A stretch of 63,812 bases of DNA, filler included, from Octopus bimaculoides (taxonomy: Eukaryota): NCBI RefSeq assembly GCF_001194135.2. It is 6 parts of 5 records of this genome, joined end to end, with 100 filler letters (N's around TTAATTAATTAA, not from the genome) between each part and the next. Parts side by side here need not be neighbours in the genome. Positions count along the whole stretch, not along the records: positions 29,737 to 61,521 come from NC_068987.1; positions 61,622 to 63,812 come from NW_026389016.1; 4 more parts are not named here. One strand, given 5' to 3'. Made by a program: the position numbers and the translations under genes. Positions 51,972-63,812 of the stretch are shown piece after piece. Each line of letters begins with the position of its first letter. Within the stretch, counting starts at the first letter, position 1. The notes beneath the pieces are model-generated. The model made no database searches. It was not told where the DNA came from and saw only the letters and a list, made by a program, of their open reading frames with translations.

Positions 51972-53079
51972 NNNNNNNNNNNNNNNNNNNNNNNNNNNNN
52001 NNNNNNNNNNNNNNNNNNNNNNNNNNNNNNNNNNNNNNNNNNTATATATATGAGTTACAAAAATGTATAAGTGCTAATTTATTACGGCCCTTTGGAGCGA
52101 CTCCTTTAATTTATCAATGAAAGCATTACATCATTACAAAAAAACCGTTCTCATCAGATGACCGCACAGACTTCAAGCATAACAGACAAAGTATATATTT
52201 AAACATATTCATATCATCAATAGAGAACAAATATTTAGAATGGTTCCGCTGCTAATTTTTTTAAGCAGAATGTAAAAAATGACAGTACAGCGACAGATAA
52301 ATAAGAAATTAGCATAGGCTACAATGGTTGTGGGGGGGAATAAATGAGAATATTCACCTTGTTATCTAAATATCAAAGACAATAGGGAGAATGTCGTATT
52401 CAAAACATCTACAGTTAGATTTTTAGGGAGTTATAAATTAATTAATACCATGACATACCGTTCTACGATCTAAGAAAATGGAACTCTACGTTCGGCTATA
52501 TTAACACCAAAGGGTAGGTCATGGGGTAGTAAACGAGAATGTCTGATTGGTGAACTGTCAAAGCATTTATAGAATATACATATATTAAGTCTTAAGATAC
52601 AAGCATATAAGTTATAAAATATTTATAAAATATACGAGGTGATATAAGAAAATATCTGAGAGAAGAATTATAATAAAGATTATAGTAAAAAATTATAAAA
52701 GTGAGCCAATGAATGATGCTATACCAAGGTATATATAAAAGAAATAATGCAAAATAAAATGAAAATACAGAATATATTATAATGGAATTGTTATATAAAT
52801 AGTTATACTCAGAATATCAAATAATTATTAATACTAGATGGTAAAAGGCATCTTTTAAGTATACCAGGTTACAATAAATATAAGATAGAAGTAAAATTAT
52901 CATCAGAAATAAGTTAACAAAACATGCTTAAAATACAACGAAGAACGAAGAGTTTGTATGACTAACAAATCATAGATGGCATGTTACTACCACCATATGA
53001 ACCTTAAAATTGCATAAAAGCAAGAAAGAATACTAGTTCAATAAGAATGGACATTTAATATTTCATTTGTTCAATATGA
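51776..53079 (+). repeat. 124-bp identical direct repeats (51776-51899 and 52956-53079), homologous to the PLE 2 terminal repeat at about 50668-50775
   Basis: Base-by-base identity by eye; offset 1180 bp. Confidence 0.9.
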
Positions 53080-53094
53080 ATAGACAATTAAAAA

Positions 53095-53720
53095 TCAGGG
53101 GAGATTTGAAAATTAAGGACTCGTTAGACAAGAACAGAATGTTCTATATATGTTAGTGGATATTGCGCAATTGAAATGAAGATTACACCATACTATATCA
53201 TTAATCGTAGTATCCTTATACTTATGAGAGCAGACCCTATCAATCGTCCTTTTATCTCACGAGTCACCAGATAGATTTTTAATACCGTTGTTACTATCCG
53301 TATTTATATTATTGCTAGTAATAACTCTATTCATACCGTTCATGTCTTCCCCATTACTGTCATACAAGATACCATTCTATTCTTAGTATCTTTTTTATTG
53401 TTATACTTTTTATTCTTGATTCTAATATGACTATTATGCACATTTTCACGAGGTCTGCATGCCAGGTTAGACGAACTACTGGTTTTGTTTACGCTTTCAT
53501 AATTTTTATTATATTTAGCGGATTTCATGCATTCTGAGTTAAGGAATGCAATCTCCTGATTATGTTCCGTCTTCGACAAACCAGTTATTGAGGTAAAAAT
53601 ATGAGTTAAATATACAAATATTAGCCGATGATTGTATAATTCTCTTTGAAATTCCTGTTACTATTGATTTTATTATATTTGGGAGATGATTAGAGGATCT
53701 ATTCACCCGTAGTGACAATT
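53095..53720 (-). mobile_element. Penelope-like element 3 (Penelope/Poseidon-type) remnant, RT thumb to linker
   Basis: Minus-strand translation NRSSNHLPNIIKSIVTGISKRI (cf. SNHPPSIIKQ..SISRRIS) and DIVWCNLHFNCAISTNIYRTF (cf. NIIWFNPPF..TNIGK.F). Confidence 0.65.
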
Positions 53721-53982
53721 CTAAGAACCGTATGCAGTTAATAGTAATGAAGATAATGAACTACTGATGACTACCCAGGTATCTCAATTGCAACCATTAG
53801 AGGTTAGTTGCATAGCATCTAATGATACAATCCAAGATAGTAGCGTTAATATAAATTTATGTAATAATATAAATGATAATAACTTGAGAAATAATAACAT
53901 AACCCTTAATAATACTTCTAGGAATTTAAACAGTACCACGTGTGATGACATTATGAATAAAAATAATTGGATTAGAAATGTC

Positions 53983-54039
<57 letters not shown>

Positions 54040-54040
<1 letters not shown>

Positions 54041-54592
54041 GAAACAATAGAAAAAAGATGGTATAAACACGCTAGAAAAGGTCACAGAAAACGAGAAAGC
54101 AACCATACTCTGGGATATGCCAATACACACAGATAGAGAAATTAAGGCAAATAGACCAGATATAGTTGTCAAAGATCATGAAGAAAAAAATGCTTTCTAA
54201 TTGATGTATCAATACCAGCAGATGACACCGTCTCTCTAAAAGAAATGGAAAAACTTTCCAAATACAAAGACCTGGAAATAGAGATAACTCGAATGTGGAA
54301 TCTAAAAACAGAAACAATTCCTATCACGGTAGGTGCCTTAGGTATAATAAAAAAATATTCAGACAGATACATAACAAAAACACCAGGACTTACAAATATA
54401 TATAACATACAGAAAATTGCACTACTGGGTACTGCACACATTCTACGCAAAACACTTTCAATACAGTAAACATAAGAGCACCACAGCAAACCACAGCACA
54501 TACCCAAGGCGCACAGAGCTGCGCTCGGTAGTGAAGTAAAAGCACGTTATAAAAATAAAACTACTGAACAATAATAATAATGATAATAATCG
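54040..54592 (+). mobile_element. R4/Dong-clade retrotransposon 3' portion flanked by (AAT)n on both sides
   Basis: ATILWDMPIHTDREIKANRPDIVV..LIDVSIP..KYKDLEIEI..VGALG..QKIALLGTAHILRKTL*; (AAT)n at 53983-54036 and about 54570-54590. Confidence 0.92.
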
Positions 54593-55219
54593 CATTTGCA
54601 AGTGTAGGGGAAAGCTCCCTCTGCCCTCTATAAGGTCAATATCTATCAGGAAATACTGTTTATAAATGTACAATACTGACAGAAAACAACAACGCACTAA
54701 ATACGTAACAAACGATTGGATAACCATTTTTTATCCTTCAGACTTAGGCATAAAGTTAACAGAACCTCATTATCTACGAAAATTTGGGAACTTAAAGAGA
54801 GTAATAACAATTTCAGTCTTATATGGGATCCAGTGCGCAGAACTGAACAATACACAAATACCCTATATGGATGTAAACTATGTTGTATGGAATTATATGA
54901 AATTTTGAAATATAGTGAACAGAACAACTTCATTAGTAATAAATTAGATCTTAGACTATCATGTGTTCATAAGATTACTGGTGTCTTTAAATAATTTAGA
55001 ACTTGATAATTATTTAGTACACAATATATTGTTTTGATGATTAAAACATTTTCTCAATCCTCATGAGAAGTGTGTGCGGAAGGCCGTGTCTCAAGATCGT
55101 GTGTGTTGGCACATCCGCAGCAATGCTTCTATTATGTATTATACGTGCAGTTTCTTTTTTTGTTTTTATAATACATGAGCATGTTATCAAAGTTGAACCT
55201 ACTCGCAACCAGATGTAAC

Positions 55220-55880
55220 TAAATAATATATTGATTACCGACCTCCAGCCTGGCATATTCTTCTCCTCTGCAGTTACGTAGGTTCTTCTGAGCATTTTTC
55301 CCAAAAGGCCAGTTTCGTTACCTGTTGTGCTATGCACTCATCGGCAGCGATGAGCTGATGGAATTCATGCAAGAAATCCTCAACTGCTTTCGTGTCAGAA
55401 CTCGCTGCTTCTCCATATCTGACGACACTATGAACACCAGTCCTCTTGAAATTATCAAACCAGTTACGACTGGCTTAAATGCATATGCTGATGTCCCTTT
55501 CGTCGATGTTTCAGGGTTCTGCTTCAGAAGAGCCCCATACAGTGATCGTGCTTTCTTGCAGATGATAGTCTCCGTCGTCGTTCGACTGCAAGTTGGTTCT
55601 CGTTCATCCACAGTAGAAGCAATTTTCCATCTCTTCGTGGACAGATATGCGTTGATTAGAGAACCTAGAGACAACCTTTGGCTGTTGAATCGGCCTTGAC
55701 CTCGTTTTGTTTTCTTCAGGATGGTCCAGCTCATGGATCATTTGGCCCTATTGACGTGCTATGTCCACTTTACGCACTCCTCACGTTTAGCAATGATTGC
55801 TTTCTTCAATTCTATCGTAATCAGCTCTTTCTTCTCGATACTGTCCATTTCACTAACCTTCTTGAGACCCAATTATTATA
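55220..55880 (-). mobile_element. Tigger/pogo (CENP-B-like) transposase remnant
   Basis: Minus-strand frames give TIELKKAIIAK, FKASRNWFDNFKRTGVHSVVRYGEAASSD and ETGL..RRTYVTAEEK. Confidence 0.8.
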
Positions 55881-56228
55881 AGATAAAACAGAGAACAAAA
55901 CAGAAAAACGTTGGGAAAAACACAATAGGAATGGTATCACAACGAGATAAATACGTGAACTGAGAGAGCGGAGGTTGTGCTAAATTGGAGATCGTGCGCG
56001 AACCGACGCCAACTAAATNNNNNNNNNNNNNNNNNNNNNNNNNNNNNNNNNNNNNNNNNNNNNNNNNNNNNNNNNNNNNNNNNNNNNNNNNNNNNNNNNN
56101 NNNNNNNNNNNNNNNNNNNNNNNNNNNNNNNNNNNNNNNNNNNNNNNNNNNNNNNNNNNNNNNNNNNNNNNNNNNNNNNNNNNNNNNNNNNNNNNNNNNN
56201 NNNNNNNNNNNNNNNNNNNNNNNNNNNN

Positions 56229-56277
<49 letters not shown>

Positions 56278-56439
56278 CACATATACATATGTATATATAC
56301 ACATATATATATATAATATAAATATAATATATATATATATGTATAATATATAATATATACATATATAAAATATATGATATTTTTATATATACTTCTTACA
56401 GAATTATTTTATGTTCATGATGGTTATTTGTTGCCACAC

Positions 56440-57650
56440 TCAGAGGGGGATATGCAACATTTAATGGACAGATCTTCCCCTGCATGTCTAAACTTCTAAT
56501 TCACAATTAGTTTGGGGAAAACCAAATTAATGTTTACTCTCGTGCCAGGAAAAACATATTCTGAATTTTGGTGAATGGAACAAGGTTAGAAGTCGTTGAC
56601 AACTTTGTTTACCTTAGCAGAACACTGTCAAGAGATGATAGTCTTGATGTAGAGATATACTATCGAATTGAGAAGGGAAGTATTGCATTTGGAAAGCTCA
56701 AAAAGCGACTATGGGCGGATAGAATTATTTCCCTGTAGAAAAAAATCAGTATCTATAAAGCGTGTGTATTGTCTTTATTCAAGTGGATCATGTACAAGCG
56801 TCACATACAAATACTGGAGAGATTTCATCAAAAGTGTCTCAGACGTATCTTAGGAGTCAAGTGGGAATGTTTTATACCAGATACAGACGTTTTACACACG
56901 GCACGTTGCAGCTCAACTGGACAACATGTTATCCTGGCTTAAATGTGATGGACTGGACATGTTATTAGAATGAAAGACGAGCATTTGCCAAAGCGTCTTT
57001 CTTATGGTGAGCACATCTCTGGTAAACGACCACAACATAAGCCGAGGAAAAGGTATAAAGACTATATGAAGGAAAACCTGAATAAACTAGATATGAATAA
57101 AAGTGATAGGTAAAATGATGCTCTAGATTTGAACATGTGTGTTAGGTGCTGTTAGGACTGGTTGTAATGCCTGGAAGAAAAGATGATTCAGCACTCTGAA
57201 ATTAAAAGGTCCTGTCGCAAAGGAACAATTGGAACTGTAATCAGCAGTGAACATTCGATATGTATAATATGTGACCGTCTTCTGTTGTCAAAATCAGGAT
57301 ACGTGAGCCATATGATGTCACATGAAAATCGTAATACCCAGATAGGTAATGATCTTGGACACCAACCACCTCTTACCACTTGTGTCATAAGTTAAAAAAC
57401 ATGGTAACACAACATGTGGACTAAAACGACATATAGTAGTTCACAAAAACATTCCTTCAGAATCAGATTCCAAACGGCAAACATATGGAAGAAAGTTGAA
57501 AAATATCTGTCACTTGTGTTTTAAAACCTGTCTGTCAGCAGCTGGCCTTAAAAGTCATCTAAAGGCTCATTAACGGAGTAATTGTATTGTGTGATGGTGT
57601 GTGTGTGTTGATGGGACAGCTTTCATCTCTCAAAATGAAGCAATCATCAT
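56440..57650 (+). mobile_element. RTE-clade LINE 3' portion with two C-terminal C2H2-type zinc fingers
   Basis: LEVVDNFVYL, AFGKLKKRLW, LERFHQKCLRRILGVKW, WTGHVIRM..LPKRL.YGE..GKR, CIICDRLLLSKSGYVSHMMSH, CHLCFKTCLSAAGLKSHLKAH; short (ATC)n tail. Confidence 0.85.
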
Positions 57651-57665
57651 CATATATATAATATG

Positions 57666-57697
<32 letters not shown>

Positions 57698-57727
57698 TGT
57701 ATCTATGTATGTATGTATGTATGTATG

Positions 57728-57907
57728 TATATAATATAATCTATATAAGTGCATTATTATAAAATAAAGCCTCACGCTTAGAGGGACTTAATAAGTCAAA
57801 ACTACCAAAATAAGCACATGTTTATTTTGGTAGTTTTGACTTATTGAATCCCTCTAAGCGTGAGGCTTTATTTTATAATAATGCCCTTATATAGATTATA
57901 TTATATA
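57728..57907. mobile_element. Near-perfect 180-bp palindrome, MITE-like, in TA-rich context
   Basis: Symmetry centre 57817/57818; only about 4 non-Watson-Crick positions over about 89-bp arms. Confidence 0.85.
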
Positions 57908-58331
57908 TATTTATGGAAAATAATGATGGTTTTTTTCCTTATGAGGTTTTTTTCACGCTGATTACTTGATAAATTCTTTAAAAGATTTTATCCTTATATT
58001 ATATTATGTATGTATGTATGTATGTATGTATGTATGTATGTATCTATGTATCTNNNNNNNNNNNNNNNNNNNNNNNNNNNNNNNNNNNNNNNNNNNNNNN
58101 NNNNNNNNNNNNNNNNNNNNNNNNNNNNNNNNNNNNNNNNNNNNNNNNNNNNNNNNNNNNNNNNNNNNNNNNNNNNNNNNNNNNNNNNNNNNNNNNNNNN
58201 NNNNNNNNNNNNNNNNNNNNNNNNNNNNNNNNNNNNNNNNNNNNNNNNNNNNNNNNNNNNNNNNNNNNNNNNNNNNNNNNNNNNNNNNGTATGTATGTGT
58301 CCATGTATGTATGTATGCATGTATATATATA

Positions 58332-59616
58332 TCAGGTCATCCTATTAGTTCTGTCCGATTTTCCCTTTTTAAAATGGAATGAAATTCAATAATATTTTAG
58401 AAAGTCTAATGTAATTAAAACTTATTTTATGCACTTGTGTACATTTCTACTAATTAAATATTATTTTACAGAATAATAGAGTTAAAATTTCTTTGATTTA
58501 AAACCCTTTCTAACATGGAAGTAACCAAAGAGCATTTGAAACAAACAATGTTTATAAGTACAAAAGAAGGACATACTGCAGCCGAAGTGACTCGAAACAT
58601 ACACTCAGTTTATGGGAAAGAATGCTTGAATGAAAGAACTTGCAGAAGATTGTTTGCAAAATACAGAAGTGGAAATTTCAGTCTTGAAGATGAAGATCCA
58701 ACAGGACGTCCAGTTGTGTTTGATGGTAAGCTCTTTGAGGCATTACATGAAGAAAATCCAGCATTATTAGTTGAAGAATTGGCAGTAATGCTTAGTTCAA
58801 GCCATCGAACTGTTCATCGTCATCTTCAACAACTTGGAAAGGATCTTAAACTTGGAAAATGGGTGCGAAAGCAACCGCAAAACTCGAGTTAACATCTGCT
58901 CTTCTCTCCATCTCGTGAACTCATTTCTCCCTTTTTGGATAGACTTGTGACTGGTGATGAAAAATGGATCTTCTATCGAAATGTTAAATGTCGTAAACAG
59001 TGGCTTATCAAAAGGGAAAAAGCACAACCACAACCGAGAAGGGAACTTCATGGGAAAAAGATACTTCTCAATAACTGGTGGAATTGCAAAGGAGTAATTC
59101 AGTGTGAATTGTTAACACCTAATACAGCAATCAATGCTCAACTCTACTGTTAGCAATTGGGGCGTTTGAACCAAGCTTTGAAGGAACAAAGACCCTCTTT
59201 AGTGAATCAAAAAGAAGTGATGTTTCGTCAGGACAATGCATGAACCTACACTGCAAAGATCACATCACAGGAGATTGAAGAGCTTGGTTGGGAAAAAATT
59301 CCTCATCCACCTCACTGTCACGACCTTCCTCTTTCAGACTACCATTTGTTTCGTAGTTTACAGAATCATTTGTGGGACATAAATTTCGCAAGCGAGGAGG
59401 GGATCAACACTAACATTTCAGCGTTCTTCTCATTGAAACCAAAAGAGTTTTACATTGATGGGATTAAAAAGCTTGTAAATAGTTGGAAGGAAGTCATAAA
59501 TAATCGATAATCATGGAAAGTACATAGATGATAATATTGCAATAAAAAATAACATTTGATCACTTGTTTTCTTTATTCAAAATTCGAAAAGGAACAGAAC
59601 CTATGGTTTGACCTGA
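58332..59616 (+). mobile_element. Full-length (1285 bp) mariner transposon, dead transposase
   Basis: Imperfect TIRs TCAGGTCA.., TA TSDs; HTH region (MEVTKEHL..GRP), GKWV, LVTGDEKWIFY, QDNA, HPP..DL..SDYHLFRSLQNHL; stops and an internal deletion after WV. Confidence 0.95.
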
Positions 59617-60473
59617 TATATTATATATATATATATAAGTCATTAAATAGTGGGGTTGTGTTAACCGCACGTGGAGAAATAATAGGAAAATGAAAAATAA
59701 TAATAAGGCAGAATGCTACACTGAAAGCATAGTATTCTGCCTTANNNNNNNNNNNNNNNNNNNNNNNNNNNNNNNNNNNNNNNNNNNNNNNNNNNNNNNN
59801 NNNNNNNNNNNNNNNNNNNNNNNNNNNNNNNNNNNNNNNNNNNNNNNNNNNNNNNNNNNNNNNNNNNNNNNNNNNNNNNNNNNNNNNNNNNNNNNNNNNN
59901 NNNNNNNNNNNNNNNNNNNNNNNNNNNNNNNNNNNNNNNNNNNNNNNNNNNNNNNNNNNNNNNNNNNNNNNNNNNNNNNNNNNNNNNNNNNNNNNNNNNN
60001 NNNNNNNNNNNNNNNNNNNNNNNNNNNNNNNNNNNNNNNNNNNNNNNNNNNNNNNNNNNNNNNNNNNNNNNNNNNNNNNNNNNNNNNNNNNNNNNNNNNN
60101 NNNNNNNNNNNNNNNNNNNNNNNNNNNNNNNNNNNNNNNNNNNNNNNNNNNNNNNNNNNNNNNNNNNNNNNNNNNNNNNNNNNNNNNNNNNNNNNNNNNN
60201 NNNNNNNNNNNNNNNNNNNNNNNNNNNNNNNNNNNNNNNNNNNNNNNNNNNNNNNNNNNNNNNNNNNNNNNNNNNNNNNNNNNNNNNNNNNNNNNNNNNN
60301 NNNNNNNNNNNNNNNNNNNNNNNNNNNNNNNNNNNNNNNNNNNNNNNNNNNNNNNNNNNNNNNNNNNNNNNNNNNNNNNNNNNNNNNNNNNNNNNNNNNN
60401 NNNNNNNNNNNNNNNNNNNNNNNNNNNNNNNNNNNNNNNNNNNNNNNNNNNNNNNNNNNNNNNNNNNNNNNNN

Positions 60474-60660
60474 TCATTGAAACCAAAAGAGTTTTACATT
60501 GATGGGATTAAAAAGCTTGTAAATAGTTGGAAGGAAGTCATAAATAATCGATAATCATGGAAAGTACATAGATGATAATATTGCAATAAAAAATAACATT
60601 TGATCACTTGTTTTCTTTATTCAAAATTCGAAAAGGAACAGAACCTATGGTTTGACCTGA
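60474..60660 (+). mobile_element. Second copy of the mariner 3' end, identical to 59430-59616
   Basis: Identity continues 22 nt past the TIR; preceded by an N gap. Confidence 0.9.
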
Positions 60661-61621
60661 TATATTATATATATATATATAAATCTAGATATACATACGT
60701 ATATATACATATATAATGTAGGTAAGCAAAACGTAATATACAGCTTCATTTCAAATCTTTTGTGATGAAATTATTTTCTAAATCCATTAAAAGAGAATAT
60801 GTACGTGGGTGTGTATATATGTGTGCGCGTGTATGAATATATATATATATGTGTGTGAGGGTGTGCGTATGTATGTGTGTGCATGTGCGTGTGCATATAC
60901 ATACATATATGTATGTATATATATACGCACACCCATACATATACATATATGTATGCATACATACATACTTATATTAATGCATACATACATGCATGCATAT
61001 GTGCGTGTATGCATTCCTTTCTGAATGATATCTGAAATGTATTTTTGCCTGTGCATATGTATCTGTATTAGAGAAACTATACATGTATATACAATACCTA
61101 GCTTAGTTGTATGGTTTCATGAGGTTTATTGCTATTATATGTTTCACTCCAGGCTTATATTCTTTCCATTAAAGCATTGAGCTGAATGATTTTCTATGTA
61201 ACGGACTGTATTTTGTTAGAAACATAAGAAGCTTATAATTCTTTGATATAATTTAATTTTAACGATTCCTACCTGAAATATGTTACTGGAATTCAACAAA
61301 AAGATTTTTGCTTTTACTTTTACGTTGTTCTTCACTTCATGTTATAAATTTGTAAGTAGAATAATACGTATTTGCGGATGCCTAGCTGAGTATGTACATA
61401 AAAGCATTGTATACTCAAATACACAGCCACACACATACACACACGCACACATGTACACATATATACACACACGCGGTATGCACGTATAATACATCATACA
61501 TACATATATAAGATCGGAAGANNNNNNNNNNNNNNNNNNNNNNNNNNNNNNNNNNNNNNNNNNNNTTAATTAATTAANNNNNNNNNNNNNNNNNNNNNNN
61601 NNNNNNNNNNNNNNNNNNNNN

Positions 61622-62245
61622 CTTTTTACGTGCCACCGGCACGAGGGCCAGTCTGGCAGTACTGGCAACACCCACATCCAAATGGTGCTTTTTACGTGCC
61701 ACCTGCACAGGAGTCAGTTCAATGTTTTGTTCACTCACCACTGGCACAAGTGAAATCGAAATCGTAATTGAACCATATTCGATGACTGGCACCGGTGCCA
61801 GTGGAGCACTAATGGCACCGTCCGACCGTGATCGTTGCCAGAGTAGCTGTCTGGCTTCCATGCCAGTGGCACGTAAATAGCTCCATTTGAGCGTGATCGT
61901 TACCAGCGTCACCTTACTGGCACTTGTACCGGTGGCATGTGAACAAAACATTCGAGCGAGGTTGTTGCCAGTGCTGCTGGACTGGCTCCTGTGAAGGTGG
62001 CACGGACAAAACACCATTTTGAGCATGGCCGTTGCCAGTACTGCCTGATTGGCCCGTGTGCTGGTGGCACATAAAAGCACCCACTACACTCATCGAGTGG
62101 TTCGCATTAGGAAGGGCATCCAGCTGTAGAAACTCTACCAGATCAGATTGGTGTCTGGTGCAGCCATCCAGTTCGCCAGTCCTCAGTTAAGTCGTGCAAC
62201 CCATGCTAGCATGGAAAGCGGACATTAAATGATGATGGTGATGAT
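61622..62245 (+). mobile_element. Repeat family E (SINE-like) 3' portion with internal TGGCAC/GTGCCA-rich repeats and (GAT)n tail
   Basis: Recurring TTTTACGTGCCACC / GGTGGCACGTAAA motifs; tail GGACATTAAATGATGATG; same family at 29420-29636. Confidence 0.8.
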
Positions 62246-62268
62246 AATATATGTATGTATATATATAT

Positions 62269-62334
<66 letters not shown>

Positions 62335-62496
62335 ATATATATATCTATGTATGTATATATATATATACATATATATATATAACCTCCAAACCTTCAAATA
62401 TATATATATATATATGTATATATATATGTATGTATATATATATATGTATGTGTATATATATATATATATGTATGTATATATATATATATATGTATG

Positions 62497-62535
<39 letters not shown>

Positions 62536-62540
62536 GTATG

Positions 62541-62571
<31 letters not shown>

Positions 62572-62740
62572 GTATATATGTATATATATATATGTATATA
62601 TGTATATATATATATATGTATGTATATATATATATATATATATAGATGTACATGTAATATGTACACATATACATGCATACAGATATCTATACATATATAC
62701 ACCCATCACACACACATACACATGCACACAAACACACACA
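62246..62740. repeat. Long compound (TG)n/(TA)n/(ATGT)n microsatellite
   Basis: Direct inspection; similar TA/CA/TATG tracts border most N gaps. Confidence 0.95.
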
Positions 62741-63431
62741 TTAGTCATTTGTTTTCTTATCCAAAACTACGTCAAAAGTACTGAATGGATCTTTATGAAN
62801 NNNNNNNNNNNNNNNNNNNNNNNNNNNNNNNNNNNNNNNNNNNNNNNNNNNNNNNNNNNNNNNNNNNNNNNNNNNNNNNNNNNNNNNNNNNNNNNNNNNN
62901 NNNNNNNNNNNNNNNNNNNNNNNNNNNNNNNNNNNNNNNNNNNNNNNNNNNNNNNNNNNNNNNNNNNNNNNNNNNNNNNNNNNNNNNNNNNNNNNNNNNN
63001 NNNNNNNNNNNNNNNNNNNNNNNNNNNNNNNNNNNNNNNNNNNNNNNNNNNNNNNNNNNNNNNNNNNNNNNNNNNNNNNNNNNNNNNNNNNNNNNNNNNN
63101 NNNNNNNNNNNNNNNNNNNNNNNNNNNNNNNNNNNNNNNNNNNNNNNNNNNNNNNNNNNNNNNNNNNNNNNNNNNNNNNNNNNNNNNNNNNNNNNNNNNN
63201 NNNNNNNNNNNNNNGTATGTTGGCTGCTCAAGAGTGGGCAGCAACAAAAAACCTATTTGTATATGCTCCACAAGGGAAAACAAGGAACATAGTTTACAAT
63301 GAGGTGTTATAATCACAACAGCAAGAAAGTATGTACATGATCACCTTCTTTTACGAAACTTCATTGACTTTCATATATTTATATTGATATACATATATAT
63401 ACGTGTGTTTGGGTGCGTGTGTATATATACA

Positions 63432-63522
63432 TCTCTATATATAAAGATGATGCGTAGTCTAGACGGCGTTTTTAGATTTCATTATTCTCTTTAACCCGGG
63501 TAACGCCGGGTATTTCTGCTAG
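63432..63522 (+). mobile_element. 91-bp miniature non-autonomous Helitron, followed by the 5' part of a related element
   Basis: A|TC 5' end, subterminal hairpin ACCCGG-gtaacg-CCGGGT (63494-63511), CTAG|T 3' end; TATATAAAGATGA start motif repeated at about 63526. Confidence 0.75.
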
Positions 63523-63812
63523 TATATATATAAAGATGAGAATGTGGGTCTGTCTGTGTAAATCACTAAAACTTGAAAACTACACAACCAATTTCATTCA
63601 AATTTTACATGTCTCAGGCCAAAATAATTTTGAACTTCTTGCCTAGTGCAAACCCAGGGCAATATCCTATCTCCTCCACTATTTCAGTATTAAACAATAA
63701 CATCTCTCTATTGTAATGTCAGATATTTTCACTTTAATAGTTTCAAAGTGAAACTATTATCTCACATATATACAGGCTGCACAAATGCGTGTATATATAT
63801 ATATATATATAT

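Noticed and set aside
54-63316. Dozens of long ORFs rich in YI, CV, TH, poly-L/N/I/R or X
   Set aside because: They are translations of microsatellites and N gaps, not genes.

Overview
Eukaryotic, AT-rich, repeat-dominated genomic DNA from a gapped draft assembly. The SINE families, microsatellite load and element mix look like an octopus/coleoid cephalopod genome (inference from pattern recognition, not a database match). The window is a concatenation of six scaffold pieces joined by an artificial 100-bp linker (44 N + TTAATTAATTAA + 44 N). No prokaryotic-type system (CRISPR, operon, rRNA) and no intact protein-coding ORF is present. Almost all ORF-track entries are microsatellite, gap or antisense artefacts. 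One well-supported host exon was found: 71 nt, minus strand, 26599-26669, resembling an N-terminal exon of FAM135A/B. The rest is mobile DNA: a CR1-group LINE split by a 763-bp solo LTR with a 4-bp TSD; RTE remnants; three R4/Dong remnants sitting in (AAT)n; a HERO-like remnant; three Penelope-like element (PLE) remnants; a full-length dead mariner; a Tigger/pogo remnant; a 91-bp mini-Helitron; MITE-like palindromes; and many tRNA-derived SINEs of about five families. The most unusual signal is a set of hammerhead-ribozyme motifs. One has a perfect catalytic core and an unusually long, structured stem II (46751-46868, truncated by a gap), and four are degenerate minimal motifs in PLE terminal repeats. 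I cannot claim a new biological system from sequence alone; the extended hammerhead is the best lead.
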